Source of the DNA: Candidatus Saccharimonadales bacterium
Lineage (GTDB): Bacteria; Patescibacteriota; Saccharimonadia; Saccharimonadales; DASZAF01
Direction of reading: 5' to 3'
Assembly: GCA_035480055.1 (NCBI GenBank)
Contig: DATIIB010000003.1
Coordinates: 39,053-103,052 of the forward strand
Length of the DNA stretch: 64,000 bases
Shown: in pieces, positions 10,068 to 19,496 of the stretch
Position numbering within the stretch: position 1 is the stretch's first letter
Layout: the number at the start of each line of letters is the position of its first letter
Translations under genes and position numbers: made by a program
Notes under the pieces: generated by a model
What the model saw: only the letters and a program-made list of their open reading frames with translations
Told to the model about the DNA's origin: nothing
The model's database searches: none

Positions 10068-11729
10068 TTAGCCATTTGCCGGTTGCAACACCAATGTTTC
10101 GCCACCCAGATTCTTGGCAAAATAACTGTCGTGACTGACAAAAAGCAGCGCGCCATGATAACTGGTCAGAGCGTTTTCAAGTTCCTCGATCGACGGCAGG
10201 TCCAAGTGGTTGGTTGGTTCGTCGAGCACCAATAGGTTGGGATTATTCGCCAGCATCTTGATAATCTGCAAGCGGGCTTTTTGGCCACCACTCAGGCTAG
10301 AAACCGGCAGGTGCCCGTCCTCGTATGGGTTAAAGAGGTAGTCGCTCATAATGCGCTTTACCAACTCATCGGTCACTGGCATCTCCAGTTGGTGATAGGT
10401 TTGCTCAATTGCTTCAGCCAGATTAAGCGACAGAAGGGAAGTATCCACCTCTTGGTCGTACACGCTCAGGCGCAGTTTACCGTCAGTAAAGATACTTCCC
10501 GCACGCCAGGTCGTTGCTCGCGCGCCATGGCTCGCATCAACAATCGCTCGAATCAGCGTGGTTTTGCCCACACCATTGCGCCCTACCAACTGTAGCCGAT
10601 CGCCATGCTTCAAGCGGAAGCTAATGGGCGAAAAGAGCGGCGCGTCGGTATAGCCCAGCTGTAGCTCGTCAATGTGAAGGAGTTCGCGAGCGCCTTCGCT
10701 GGTTCTGGTTTTGTTAATACGAATATTTTTGGACTTATATTTTTCGTAATTATCACTGACTTTTTTGTTAAGGTTTTCAGCCGATTCGCGGTCGATCCAA
10801 AAGTTGGGTTTATCGATCGATTGCAACTCTTCAATTTCGTCCACCGCTTTTTGCTCAAGCCGTTTAAATCTGGCAATGGTGTCTGGGTCGCGGGCTTTTT
10901 CTTTGAGCCGCCGGTAGTTAATCAGAGAGCTCTTAAGGTTTTCAATGCGTCGCCGGCTCACCTCGTATCCGTGCATTTGCGCGGCGGTGCTGGTGGCGTT
11001 TTGTTTGAGGTAGGCGTCGTAGTTGCCTTTAAAGCTGGTGGCTTTGCCGTCTTTAATCTCAATGATGCGGTCAACATAGTGCAGAACATCACGGTCGTGA
11101 CTGATCACCACCACCGCATACTTCACACTTTTGAGCCATTCAATAAACGACTGCTTGGCCAAATAATCCATGTGGTTGGTTGGTTCGTCAATCAAGGCGA
11201 GGTCAGCAGCGGAGTGCTCAATGCGCACCAGCTCGACAAAGCGTTTTTGGCCACCGCTCAGACGCTTCATGGGGGCACGAGCCATTTCTTCATCAATTTG
11301 ATAATCGGTCAGGCTATGCAAAATTGCATCCTCAATATTGTAATAGCCCAGGCTACTAAAATGCTCGAGTGCATTCGAATAAGCTTCGATTTTTTTAAGA
11401 TCATCGCCCATAGTCTCGGGATATGTATCAATGATGTGTTTCATCCGGGCGTAATCGGGCAGGTTGGTGATGATGTAATCGAGTGCGCTCTGATCGCCAA
11501 TATCGTGATGCTCTTGAGCAGTGCTGACGATGCGCGTGCCGTTGCGAAAGATCACTTCACCGGCTTCGCTCTGCTCCTGGTTGGTAAGCATGCGAAAGAG
11601 CGTGGTTTTGCCCACGCCATTGCGCCCAATGATCGCCAATTTTTCTTTGGCGTCGACCGAAAAGGTCAGGTGATTAAAAAGTTGTTTTGTGCCAAGGCTT
11701 TTGGCGTCAATGTCGATTGAAAGGAGCAT
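10068..11729 (-). CDS. ABC-F family ATPase (two ABC domains, no TM domain)
   Basis: Two Walker A sites (GRNGVGKTT twice), two LSGGQK signatures and an inter-domain linker. The ATG at 11729 gives a typical ABC-F N-terminus; the ORF-track TTG at 11789 is less likely. Confidence 0.85.
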   Translation of the reverse strand: MLLSIDIDAKSLGTKQLFNHLTFSVDAKEKLAIIGRNGVGKTTLFRMLTNQEQSEAGEVIFRNGTRIVSTAQEHHDIGDQSALDYIITNLPDYARMKHIIDTYPETMGDDLKKIEAYSNALEHFSSLGYYNIEDAILHSLTDYQIDEEMARAPMKRLSGGQKRFVELVRIEHSAADLALIDEPTNHMDYLAKQSFIEWLKSVKYAVVVISHDRDVLHYVDRIIEIKDGKATSFKGNYDAYLKQNATSTAAQMHGYEVSRRRIENLKSSLINYRRLKEKARDPDTIARFKRLEQKAVDEIEELQSIDKPNFWIDRESAENLNKKVSDNYEKYKSKNIRINKTRTSEGARELLHIDELQLGYTDAPLFSPISFRLKHGDRLQLVGRNGVGKTTLIRAIVDASHGARATTWRAGSIFTDGKLRLSVYDQEVDTSLLSLNLAEAIEQTYHQLEMPVTDELVKRIMSDYLFNPYEDGHLPVSSLSGGQKARLQIIKMLANNPNLLVLDEPTNHLDLPSIEELENALTSYHGALLFVSHDSYFAKNLGGETLVLQPANG

Positions 11730-11897
11730 AGAAGGAGTCTCGTTTAAGGAAATAACAGAGTGAAGCGAGGCGTTTTGAGGGCGCCTCAAAAAAACTGTTT
11801 AGCAGCCGCCGCTCATCGCGTGCTGGATCTCTCTGTTAAAACTCCTACTCATGATGTAATTATTATATCCGAAAGCGCGATTAGTGCCAAATCGGCG

Positions 11898-11903
11898 TAT
11901 ACT
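11898..11903 (+). promoter_or_regulatory. -10-like TATACT, 6 nt from the gdh ATG
   Basis: TATACT at 11898-903; ATG at 11910. Confidence 0.45.
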
Positions 11904-11909
11904 GCAGAT

Positions 11910-13127
11910 ATGAATACAAGCATGTTAGATACCGCTCGGACGGCAATTCGTCAGGCGGCTACAAAATTGGGTTACGACAGTGCGACGATCGAGGGATTGC
12001 TTGAAGCCGAGGCTGAGCATGTGTTTGAAATTGAGCTTAGCAATGGCAAAAAATTTCCCGCGTACCGCGTGCAGCATAATAGCAAACTTGGGCCGTACAA
12101 GGGTGGTATTCGTTTTCACCCCCAGGTCACCTTGGACGAAGTGCGGGCGCTGGCCACGTTGATGTCGCTTAAGACGGCAGCGGCTGGTCTGCCACTCGGC
12201 GGCGGGAAGGGCGGTATCGCGGTTGATCCGCGCGGATTGACCCCGGCTGAACTTGAAGAGCTGGCGCGTCGCTATGCCAAACACCTGAGTCCGCATATTG
12301 GGCCGCAAAAAGATATTCCAGCACCGGACGTCAATACGAATGCGCAAATTATCGACTGGATGGTGGACGAGCTCACGGCTGAAAAAGGCGAGGACGCCAA
12401 AGCCACTCTGACCGGCAAGTCGATTGCCGGTGGCGGGAGTGAAGGCCGCGCCGCAGCTACCGGCCGAGGTGGCGTGATCGCACTGATGCAATTATTGCGG
12501 TACCTTGGCAAGGCCGACCAGCCGCTGACTGTGGCGCTGCAAGGCTTTGGTAATGTTGGCTATTATTTTGCCGAAGTGCTGCGCGAGTATCCGAATGTGA
12601 CGCTGGTGGCCATCGCTAATAGCAAGACAACTATTTATGCCAAAGATGGTCTGGACGTCACACAACATGCCTCGTCGGATGATACGCCAAAGCTTGAGCA
12701 ACTTGATGGATTTGCGGTTGCTGACAAACTCGCGAGTGACGCGGTGATTGGGGTGAACGCTGACATTCTGGTTTTGGCGGCACTTGAAGATGCGGTCACT
12801 GCTCACAACGCTGACACAGTGAAGGCAAGTGTGATTGTAGAGCTCGCCAACGGGCCGGTAAATGCCAGCGCAGACGAAAAGTTGGCCAAAGGTGGCGTGC
12901 TTGTTTTGCCAGATATTATTGCCAATGCCGGCGGTGTGATTGTCTCATACCTCGAGTGGCAGCAGAATCTTCAGGGCGTGCATTGGGATGAAGCCGATGT
13001 GAATGCGCAGTTGGAAACACATATGCAGCAAGCGATGAAAGCGGTACTCAAACGTTTTGACCAGCCCGGCGCAACGCTCAAATCGGCAGCTTTTGAGTAT
13101 GCTTTGACGAGGTTGTTGGACGTATGA
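11910..13127 (+). CDS. gdh: Glutamate dehydrogenase
   Basis: GPYKGGIRFHP, LPLGGGKGG and GFGNVG motifs of the Glu/Leu/Phe/Val dehydrogenase family. The ATG at 11910 follows a TATACT box by 6 nt. Confidence 0.85.
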   Translation: MNTSMLDTARTAIRQAATKLGYDSATIEGLLEAEAEHVFEIELSNGKKFPAYRVQHNSKLGPYKGGIRFHPQVTLDEVRALATLMSLKTAAAGLPLGGGKGGIAVDPRGLTPAELEELARRYAKHLSPHIGPQKDIPAPDVNTNAQIIDWMVDELTAEKGEDAKATLTGKSIAGGGSEGRAAATGRGGVIALMQLLRYLGKADQPLTVALQGFGNVGYYFAEVLREYPNVTLVAIANSKTTIYAKDGLDVTQHASSDDTPKLEQLDGFAVADKLASDAVIGVNADILVLAALEDAVTAHNADTVKASVIVELANGPVNASADEKLAKGGVLVLPDIIANAGGVIVSYLEWQQNLQGVHWDEADVNAQLETHMQQAMKAVLKRFDQPGATLKSAAFEYALTRLLDV

Positions 13128-13822
13128 TTCATATTCGTAATGTCACCAAAACGTATGGCCGACGGCAGAACAGGTTTGTAGCCATCGACGACATTTCGTT
13201 TGATGTGCCCGAGGGCACATCGGTGGCCATTATGGGTAAATCTGGCTCTGGCAAATCCACCTTGATGCACGCCATCTCTGGACTTGATCGTCCCCAAAAA
13301 GGCCAAGTGATTATTGGTGATAAAGACATTTTGCAGCTGCATGGTCATGAACTGGATAGGTTTCGGGCCAACGAGATGGGATTTATTTTTCAGTCGTTCT
13401 TTGTGGAGGGCAATGCCAGTTGCTACCATAATGTTGCGTTGCCACTGGAGATTGCCAGGCTTCGTCCCTGGAAGCGCAAAAAATTAATCCTCGAGGCGCT
13501 CGAAAAAGTAGAAATGAGCGACAAAGTACATGCTCCGGCACGTGATCTTTCGGGTGGCCAAAAACAACGCCTGGCAATTGCCCGGGCGATTGTGAACAGC
13601 CCAAAGCTTATCTTTGCCGATGAACCCACGGGTAACTTGGACTCGGGTACTGGCGAGCGCATTATGGATTTGCTGTTTGATCTCAATCGCAAGATGGGCA
13701 GCACCTTGTTTATTGTGACGCATGATGCCGACCTGGCGAATCGCTGCAAACTGCGCATTCATGTCAAGGACGGCCGCATTGTCAGCATGGCGGGCCAGAC
13801 CAAAAAGGAGAAACAGTCGTAA
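13124..13822 (+). CDS. ABC transporter ATP-binding protein (MacB/LolD-like)
   Basis: Walker A GKSGSGKST, signature LSGGQKQR, Walker B LIFADEPTGNLD. ATGA overlap with gdh. Confidence 0.9.
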   Translation: MIHIRNVTKTYGRRQNRFVAIDDISFDVPEGTSVAIMGKSGSGKSTLMHAISGLDRPQKGQVIIGDKDILQLHGHELDRFRANEMGFIFQSFFVEGNASCYHNVALPLEIARLRPWKRKKLILEALEKVEMSDKVHAPARDLSGGQKQRLAIARAIVNSPKLIFADEPTGNLDSGTGERIMDLLFDLNRKMGSTLFIVTHDADLANRCKLRIHVKDGRIVSMAGQTKKEKQS

Positions 13823-15117
13823 TGCGTTTGGTTGACAGCATCCGCCGCAGTGGTCGCAACTTGCGTCATGCCAAATTACGCACCATTCTGACCATGGCAG
13901 CCATTTCGATCGGCGCGTTTGCCTTAATGCTGACCCTGGCGGCGGGCAAAGGCGCTCAGCTTTTTGTGGACCGACTGGTAAGTAGTAATTTTAATCCCAA
14001 AACGATTTATGTGTACAGAGATACCAGCACCAAGGACAATCCTTTTGCCGCTTCTGATGATCAACCGCAAGAATATAACGGCACGACGAGCACAACAGCC
14101 ACAGCTTCGCCCACCGGAGTGACCGCTCAGCAATATTTGCACCAAGATGACCTGGACAAAATTGCCAAAATTGCCAAGGTCGATCATGTGTCGCCAACGC
14201 TGCAGCTGACGGTTGATTATGTGACTGCGCCTGGCGCAAAGAAGTTTCAGACGCAAGTGGTGAGTGATGATGCCGGCGCCCAATATGAATCCCTGGCTGG
14301 AACCATTCCTGCCAAACTGCAAGATAGCCAGGTTATTTTGCCCGAGACATACTTGGGTGCGCTGGGATTTAGCTCGCCTCAGAGTGCGATCGGCAAATCG
14401 CTGACCATCCAATTTAGTAAAGGGGTGAATGGTGATATTCCCGCTCAGCAATTTACGATTGTCGCTGTGGCCAAAAAACCGAACGGCCTCTTGGGCGGCG
14501 CAAAAGACGTGGTGTTGGCGCAGCACGCTATGAGTGAGATCTATAAACAGCAGCGAAGCGAAGCGGATCCTGTGTACCTGACCGCGTTAATCTACGCCAA
14601 AGACGGCAACGACGATACCCTGATGAGCATCAAAGACACATTGAGCGACCAGAACTATAAAGCCCTCAGCGCCAAAGATGTTGCGCAGTCAATCACCATG
14701 GTGGTGCATATTGTGCAATATTTTGTGGCCGGGTTTGGAGTGATCGCCTTGTTTGTTTCAATCTTTGGCGTGGTGAATACGCAGCTGATTAGCGTGTTGG
14801 AACGGACGCGCGAGATTGGTTTGATGAAGGCGCTCGGTATGAGCGGCGCCGGCATCTTGCGGTTGTTTACCTTTGAGGCCGCGTGGATCGGTTTTGGCGG
14901 CGCGAGTATTGGCATTTTCCTGGCGTTTCTAGCTAGCATTTTTGCCAACCCTATGATCACCGACAAGCTGAACTTGGGCGGCAATTTGCTCATCTTCAAG
15001 GCAGGCGACGTGCTGCGTTTGATAATCAGCCTGATGATTATCGCAGCATTGGCCGGGCTGTTGCCTGCTTGGAAAGCGGCACGGCTCAACCCGATTGAAG
15101 CATTGCGGACGGAGTAG
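13822..15117 (+). CDS. ABC transporter permease, MacB/FtsX-like (4 TM with large extracytoplasmic domain)
   Basis: N-terminal TM, a ~260-aa external domain and a C-terminal FtsX-type 3-TM bundle (REIGLMKALG). TAATG overlap with the ATPase gene. Confidence 0.85.
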   Translation: MRLVDSIRRSGRNLRHAKLRTILTMAAISIGAFALMLTLAAGKGAQLFVDRLVSSNFNPKTIYVYRDTSTKDNPFAASDDQPQEYNGTTSTTATASPTGVTAQQYLHQDDLDKIAKIAKVDHVSPTLQLTVDYVTAPGAKKFQTQVVSDDAGAQYESLAGTIPAKLQDSQVILPETYLGALGFSSPQSAIGKSLTIQFSKGVNGDIPAQQFTIVAVAKKPNGLLGGAKDVVLAQHAMSEIYKQQRSEADPVYLTALIYAKDGNDDTLMSIKDTLSDQNYKALSAKDVAQSITMVVHIVQYFVAGFGVIALFVSIFGVVNTQLISVLERTREIGLMKALGMSGAGILRLFTFEAAWIGFGGASIGIFLAFLASIFANPMITDKLNLGGNLLIFKAGDVLRLIISLMIIAALAGLLPAWKAARLNPIEALRTE

Positions 15118-15147
15118 AGAACTTAGGTCGTTTTTAAGAGGTGGTAG

Positions 15148-15156
15148 TGATATAAT
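15148..15156 (+). promoter_or_regulatory. Extended -10 (TGATATAAT), 6 nt from the serS ATG
   Basis: Consensus TGnTATAAT; ATG at 15163. Confidence 0.55.
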
Positions 15157-15162
15157 GCGGAT

Positions 15163-16458
15163 ATGTTAGACATCCGTTATATCCGCGAGAATCCCCAAAA
15201 AGTCCAAACCGCTGCCGAGTCCAAAGGTTACTCGGTGGACATTTCGCATCTTTTGAGCCTGGACGAGAACCGCCGCGAGTTGCAAACCAAGGTTGAAGAA
15301 GTGCGTCGGGAGCGCAACGAATTGGCCGACGGCTTAAAACAAACCAAGCCAACTCCTGAGCAAATCACCAGAGGTAAAGCGCTCAAAACTCAGGTTGCCG
15401 AAATTGAAGATCGCTTGCGCGTGGTTGACGAAGAGTTTATGACGTTACTCAAAAAAGTGCCCAACATGCCGCTTGAAGATGTGCCTGTTGGCGCGTCCGA
15501 AGACGAGAACGTGGTGGTTAAAACGGTCGGTGAGTTGCCAAAGTTTGATTTTGAACCCAAGAACCACTGGGAGATTGGCCAAGCTCGTGGGTGGATCGAC
15601 AAAGAGCGAGCTGCCAAAGTAGCAGGCTCGCGTTTCGCCTATGTGATGGGTGATTTGGCGCGCCTGCATTTTGCCGTGCTGCAGTTTGCGCTGGATCGCT
15701 TGACTGACGAAAATGTTCTGCAGCAGATCGTTACTGACAATGGCTTAACAGCCAGCAGCAAACCCTTCGTGCCAGTGCTGCCACCGGCAATGATTCGCAC
15801 CGAAGTGTATGAAGCGACTGCCAGACTCAACGGTGAGGAACAAACCTACAAGCTGGCCGACGATGAACTCTGGCTCAACGCCAGTGCCGAACATAGCATG
15901 AGCCCGATGTATCAGAACGAAATCTTGGACGAATCCCAGTTGCCGCTCAGGTATCTGGGCTATACTACCGCTTTCCGTCGTGAGGCTGGAACGTATGGTA
16001 AGGACATGGAAGGCATTTTTCGCCTGCACCAATTTGACAAACTGGAGATGGAAAGCTTTACAGCAGCCGCTGATTCGCTGCAGGAACATTTGTTTATGGT
16101 GGCAGTTCAAGAATACTTGATGCAGCAACTCGAACTCCCATATCAGGTGGTGATGAAGTGTACCGCTGACATTGGTGGACCAAACGCGCGTGGAATCGAT
16201 ATTGACGTCTGGCTACCTGGCCAAAACATGTACCGCGAGACGCACACCGCTGATTTGATTACCGATTACCAAACGCGCCGACTCCAGACTCGTGTGCGGC
16301 ATGGGGATGGTACAATTGAGTTAGCACATACAAATGACGCAACTGCTTTTTCGCAGCGACCCCTGATTGGCATTATTGAAAACTATCAAACCGCCGATGC
16401 CCGTGTCCGTGTCCCGAAGGTGTTGCAGTCGTACTTAGGAGGGAAGGAAATTTTATGA
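15163..16458 (+). CDS. serS: Seryl-tRNA synthetase
   Basis: 431 aa with an N-terminal coiled-coil arm (MLDIRYIRENP) and class II core motifs (FRREAG, GxGxGxxR-like). Confidence 0.9.
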   Translation: MLDIRYIRENPQKVQTAAESKGYSVDISHLLSLDENRRELQTKVEEVRRERNELADGLKQTKPTPEQITRGKALKTQVAEIEDRLRVVDEEFMTLLKKVPNMPLEDVPVGASEDENVVVKTVGELPKFDFEPKNHWEIGQARGWIDKERAAKVAGSRFAYVMGDLARLHFAVLQFALDRLTDENVLQQIVTDNGLTASSKPFVPVLPPAMIRTEVYEATARLNGEEQTYKLADDELWLNASAEHSMSPMYQNEILDESQLPLRYLGYTTAFRREAGTYGKDMEGIFRLHQFDKLEMESFTAAADSLQEHLFMVAVQEYLMQQLELPYQVVMKCTADIGGPNARGIDIDVWLPGQNMYRETHTADLITDYQTRRLQTRVRHGDGTIELAHTNDATAFSQRPLIGIIENYQTADARVRVPKVLQSYLGGKEIL

Positions 16459-16859
16459 TTAAGCAAATTGCTATTGTTGGCGACGGGGTGGAGCTGAAGG
16501 ACGACGTCAAGAAATACATTACCAAAAAGATTGGGAAGCTCGACCGTTATATCCCACGCCATGCGCGCAAATCGGTGCATGCCGAGGTGAAGATGCGCGA
16601 AACCACTCACAAAAGCGTTCAGAACAATAATAAATACGAGTGTGAAGTGTTAATCCACTTGCCTGGCGAACAGGCAACGGCCAAAGAGGCGACGCTGAAC
16701 ATGTTCGCAGCCGTGGATATTGTGGAGAGCAAGCTCAAGAATCAGCTGCATCGCTACAAAGAGCAAGCGATCAAAGACCGGCGCGTCAGCCGTGAGCGCT
16801 TGCGTACCGCATTGCGTCGTTTGGCACCCGTTGGCAGCGAAGAGACAAATATAGAGTAG
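16455..16859 (+). CDS. hpf: Ribosome hibernation/ribosome-associated inhibitor factor (HPF/RaiA family)
   Basis: 134 aa. A pattern like V.L.D.VK.YI.KK..KL.RY is typical of the sigma54-modulation/HPF family. ATGA overlap with serS. Confidence 0.7.
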   Translation: MIKQIAIVGDGVELKDDVKKYITKKIGKLDRYIPRHARKSVHAEVKMRETTHKSVQNNNKYECEVLIHLPGEQATAKEATLNMFAAVDIVESKLKNQLHRYKEQAIKDRRVSRERLRTALRRLAPVGSEETNIE

Positions 16860-16872
16860 AAAGAAGAGACGA

Positions 16873-19473
16873 ATGAAGGCAGTTTTTAAAAAAATCCTTG
16901 GTGATCCTCAGGCAAAGACCGTCAAACGGCTGCGTAAAAAAGTAGCCGAAGTAAACGCACTTTCTGATAAATACAAAAAGATGACCGACGCTCAGCTGCG
17001 CAAGCAGACCGACATGCTGAAAGATCGGCTGAATAAAAAGAAGACCAAACTTGACGACTTGTTGCCTGACGCTTTTGCGTTGGTTCGCGAAGCAGCCGAT
17101 CGCAGTCTGGGAATGCGCCACTACGATGTCCAGCTGATCGGTGGCATGGTGCTCAATGAAGGGAATGTTGCCGAGCTCAAGACCGGTGAAGGTAAGACCT
17201 TGATGGCCACCTTGCCGAGCTACCTAAACGCGCTAACTGGTAAAGGTGTGCACGTGGTTACTGTCAACGACTATCTGGCCCAGCGTGACGCTGGGTGGAT
17301 GGGCGAGGTGCATCACTTTTTGGGCATGAGCACTGGTGTGATTATTGCCGACGAGTCCTTTATTTACGATCCAGCATTCGACAATCCTGCGCACGACGAT
17401 CCTCGCGTTCGCAAACTGCGTCCGTGTACGCGCAAGGAAGCGTATGCAGCCGACATCACCTATGGCACCAACAACGAGTTTGGTTTTGACTACCTGCGCG
17501 ACAACATGGTCAACGATGTTGAGCTCTTGCGCCAACGCGGCCTCTATTTTGCCATTGTGGACGAAGTCGACTCGATCTTGATTGACGAAGCCCGCACCCC
17601 GCTGATTATCTCTGCGCCAGCAGCGCAGAGCCCAGAGAATTATCAGCTTTTTGCTCGACTCGCCAAAAAGCTCGTTCCCGAGGATTATGTGTTGGACGAA
17701 AAACGCCGCCAGGTTGCCCTCAGCGATGAAGGTGTCGAAAAAGTCCAAAAAATGCTGGGCGTTAAAAACTTATTTGCGCCAGAAAACGTGCACTTGGTGT
17801 ATCACATGGACCAATCGTTGAAGGCCGAGACGCTCTTTAAACTGGACAAAGATTATGTTGTGGCCAGCGATGGGGAAGTGATTATTGTTGACGAATTCAC
17901 CGGCCGGTTAATGCATGGCCGTCGCTACAACGAAGGCTTGCACCAGGCGATCGAAGCCAAAGAAGGTGTAGAAGTCAAACAAGAGAGCATGACCCTGGCG
18001 ACTGTGTCGTTCCAGAACTATTTCCGTATGTATGACAAACTTTCGGGCATGACCGGTACGGCATTGACCGAAGAAGAAGAGTTCCAGCAGATCTATGGCT
18101 TGGATGTGGTGGTGGTACCGCCAAACCGCCCAATGATTCGTAAAGACCTGTCAGACAAAATGTTCCGCAGCGAAGCAGGGAAGTTTAAGGCGCTGATCAA
18201 AGACGTCAAGGAGCTGCATGAAGCTGGACAGCCGGTACTTTTGGGTACTGCTTCGATTCAGAAGAACGAAATCCTGACGAAACTCCTCGAGAAAGCAGGC
18301 ATTCCGCACGAAGTACTGAACGCCAAAAACAACGAGCGCGAAGCGGCCATCGTTGCCAAAGCCGGCCAAAAAGGCGCGGTCACCGTTGCCACCAACATTG
18401 CTGGCCGTGGAACCGACATTGTGCTTGGTGAAGGCGTGAAGGAGCTTGGTGGACTGGTAGTTATTGGGTCGGAGCGTCACGAATCTCGCCGCATCGACAA
18501 CCAGTTGCGTGGCCGTTGTGGCCGCCAAGGTGACCCTGGCATGACGCAGTTTTACGTGTCTGCAGAAGACGACTTGCTGCGTATTTTCCAAGGCGAACGT
18601 ATTGCTGGCCTGATGAACCGCCTGCGCATTCCCGAGGATGAACCAATCCAAAACCGAACTTTTAGCCGCACGCTCGAAGCTGCGCAGAAAAAAGTTGAAG
18701 GCTTTAACTTTGATGTGCGGAAACATGTGGTGCAATATGACAACGTGATGAACCGGCACCGCCGCGCAATCTATAGCATTCGTCAGGACGCTTTGCAAAG
18801 CAAAGATATCAGCGGTGTGATTCAAGACTTACTTGCAAAAGAAGTGCGTGCGCTGACCGCGATTAGCCCCAAGGCCAACAAGCAGTTTACTGAAGAGTTT
18901 ACCTCGGTCATTCCTATCAGCAGTGATGACGTAAAGAAAATCATTGCGGCCAACGAGAAGGAACGTTACGATGTTGCCCTCAAGCTTGCCAAAGCGCAGT
19001 ACGAAGCTCGCGAAAAAGAGTTTACTCCAGAACTGTTGCGTCAAGTAGAGCGCGAAGTGGTGATGACCCTGCTGGACCAATTATGGATGCGGCACCTCGA
19101 GGATATGGACCATTTGCGCGAAGGTATTGGCCTACGTGGCTATGGCCAACGAGACCCATTGGTGGAATATCGTACCGAAGCGCAGCATTTGTTTGAAGCC
19201 TTTGAGGCAGTATTGCAAGCAGAGGTTATCCGGGCGCTCTTCCACGTTGAACGCAGCGATCTTGCTGCCGCGGCCAAAGAGGATATTGAAACCGACCTGA
19301 CCCGGGCTGCGGCCAACTCAATTGAGGTAGGCGTCAACGAAGTTGGTCAAGCAGCGGAGCACGCTGACTTTACTGCCAAATCTGCTGAGATCAAAAGTCA
19401 CAAGCAGGTGGCGCGCAAAAAACGCAAAGCTGAACGCCAAAACCGTAAAACCAAGTCCAAAAAACGCCACTAA
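16873..19473 (+). CDS. secA: Preprotein translocase ATPase SecA
   Basis: 866 aa with DEAD-like motor motifs (MRHYDVQLIGG, TGEGKT, DEVDSILIDEARTPLIIS, TNIAGRGTDI). Lys/Arg-rich C-terminal tail without a Cys zinc finger. Confidence 0.95.
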   Translation: MKAVFKKILGDPQAKTVKRLRKKVAEVNALSDKYKKMTDAQLRKQTDMLKDRLNKKKTKLDDLLPDAFALVREAADRSLGMRHYDVQLIGGMVLNEGNVAELKTGEGKTLMATLPSYLNALTGKGVHVVTVNDYLAQRDAGWMGEVHHFLGMSTGVIIADESFIYDPAFDNPAHDDPRVRKLRPCTRKEAYAADITYGTNNEFGFDYLRDNMVNDVELLRQRGLYFAIVDEVDSILIDEARTPLIISAPAAQSPENYQLFARLAKKLVPEDYVLDEKRRQVALSDEGVEKVQKMLGVKNLFAPENVHLVYHMDQSLKAETLFKLDKDYVVASDGEVIIVDEFTGRLMHGRRYNEGLHQAIEAKEGVEVKQESMTLATVSFQNYFRMYDKLSGMTGTALTEEEEFQQIYGLDVVVVPPNRPMIRKDLSDKMFRSEAGKFKALIKDVKELHEAGQPVLLGTASIQKNEILTKLLEKAGIPHEVLNAKNNEREAAIVAKAGQKGAVTVATNIAGRGTDIVLGEGVKELGGLVVIGSERHESRRIDNQLRGRCGRQGDPGMTQFYVSAEDDLLRIFQGERIAGLMNRLRIPEDEPIQNRTFSRTLEAAQKKVEGFNFDVRKHVVQYDNVMNRHRRAIYSIRQDALQSKDISGVIQDLLAKEVRALTAISPKANKQFTEEFTSVIPISSDDVKKIIAANEKERYDVALKLAKAQYEAREKEFTPELLRQVEREVVMTLLDQLWMRHLEDMDHLREGIGLRGYGQRDPLVEYRTEAQHLFEAFEAVLQAEVIRALFHVERSDLAAAAKEDIETDLTRAAANSIEVGVNEVGQAAEHADFTAKSAEIKSHKQVARKKRKAERQNRKTKSKKRH

Positions 19474-19496
19474 ATAACGCGAGGAAGCAAACAAAC

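Noticed and set aside
10674-11720. 348-aa + strand ORF, the longest unassigned ORF in the track
   Set aside because: It is fully antisense to the ABC-F ATPase, whose Walker and signature motifs are unambiguous. It is a typical shadow ORF. The same reasoning applies to 1512-2042, 4104-4667, 8245-8763, 18151-18825, 19812-20522, 31524-32192, 58879-59694 and the other antisense ORFs.
11773-11791. TTTTGAGG-GCG-CCTCAAAA hairpin in the ABC-F/gdh divergent region, considered as a terminator
   Set aside because: The T-run precedes the stem and the A-run follows it, so the runs merely extend the stem. The orientation is wrong for an intrinsic terminator on either strand, and the hairpin sits between divergent starts.
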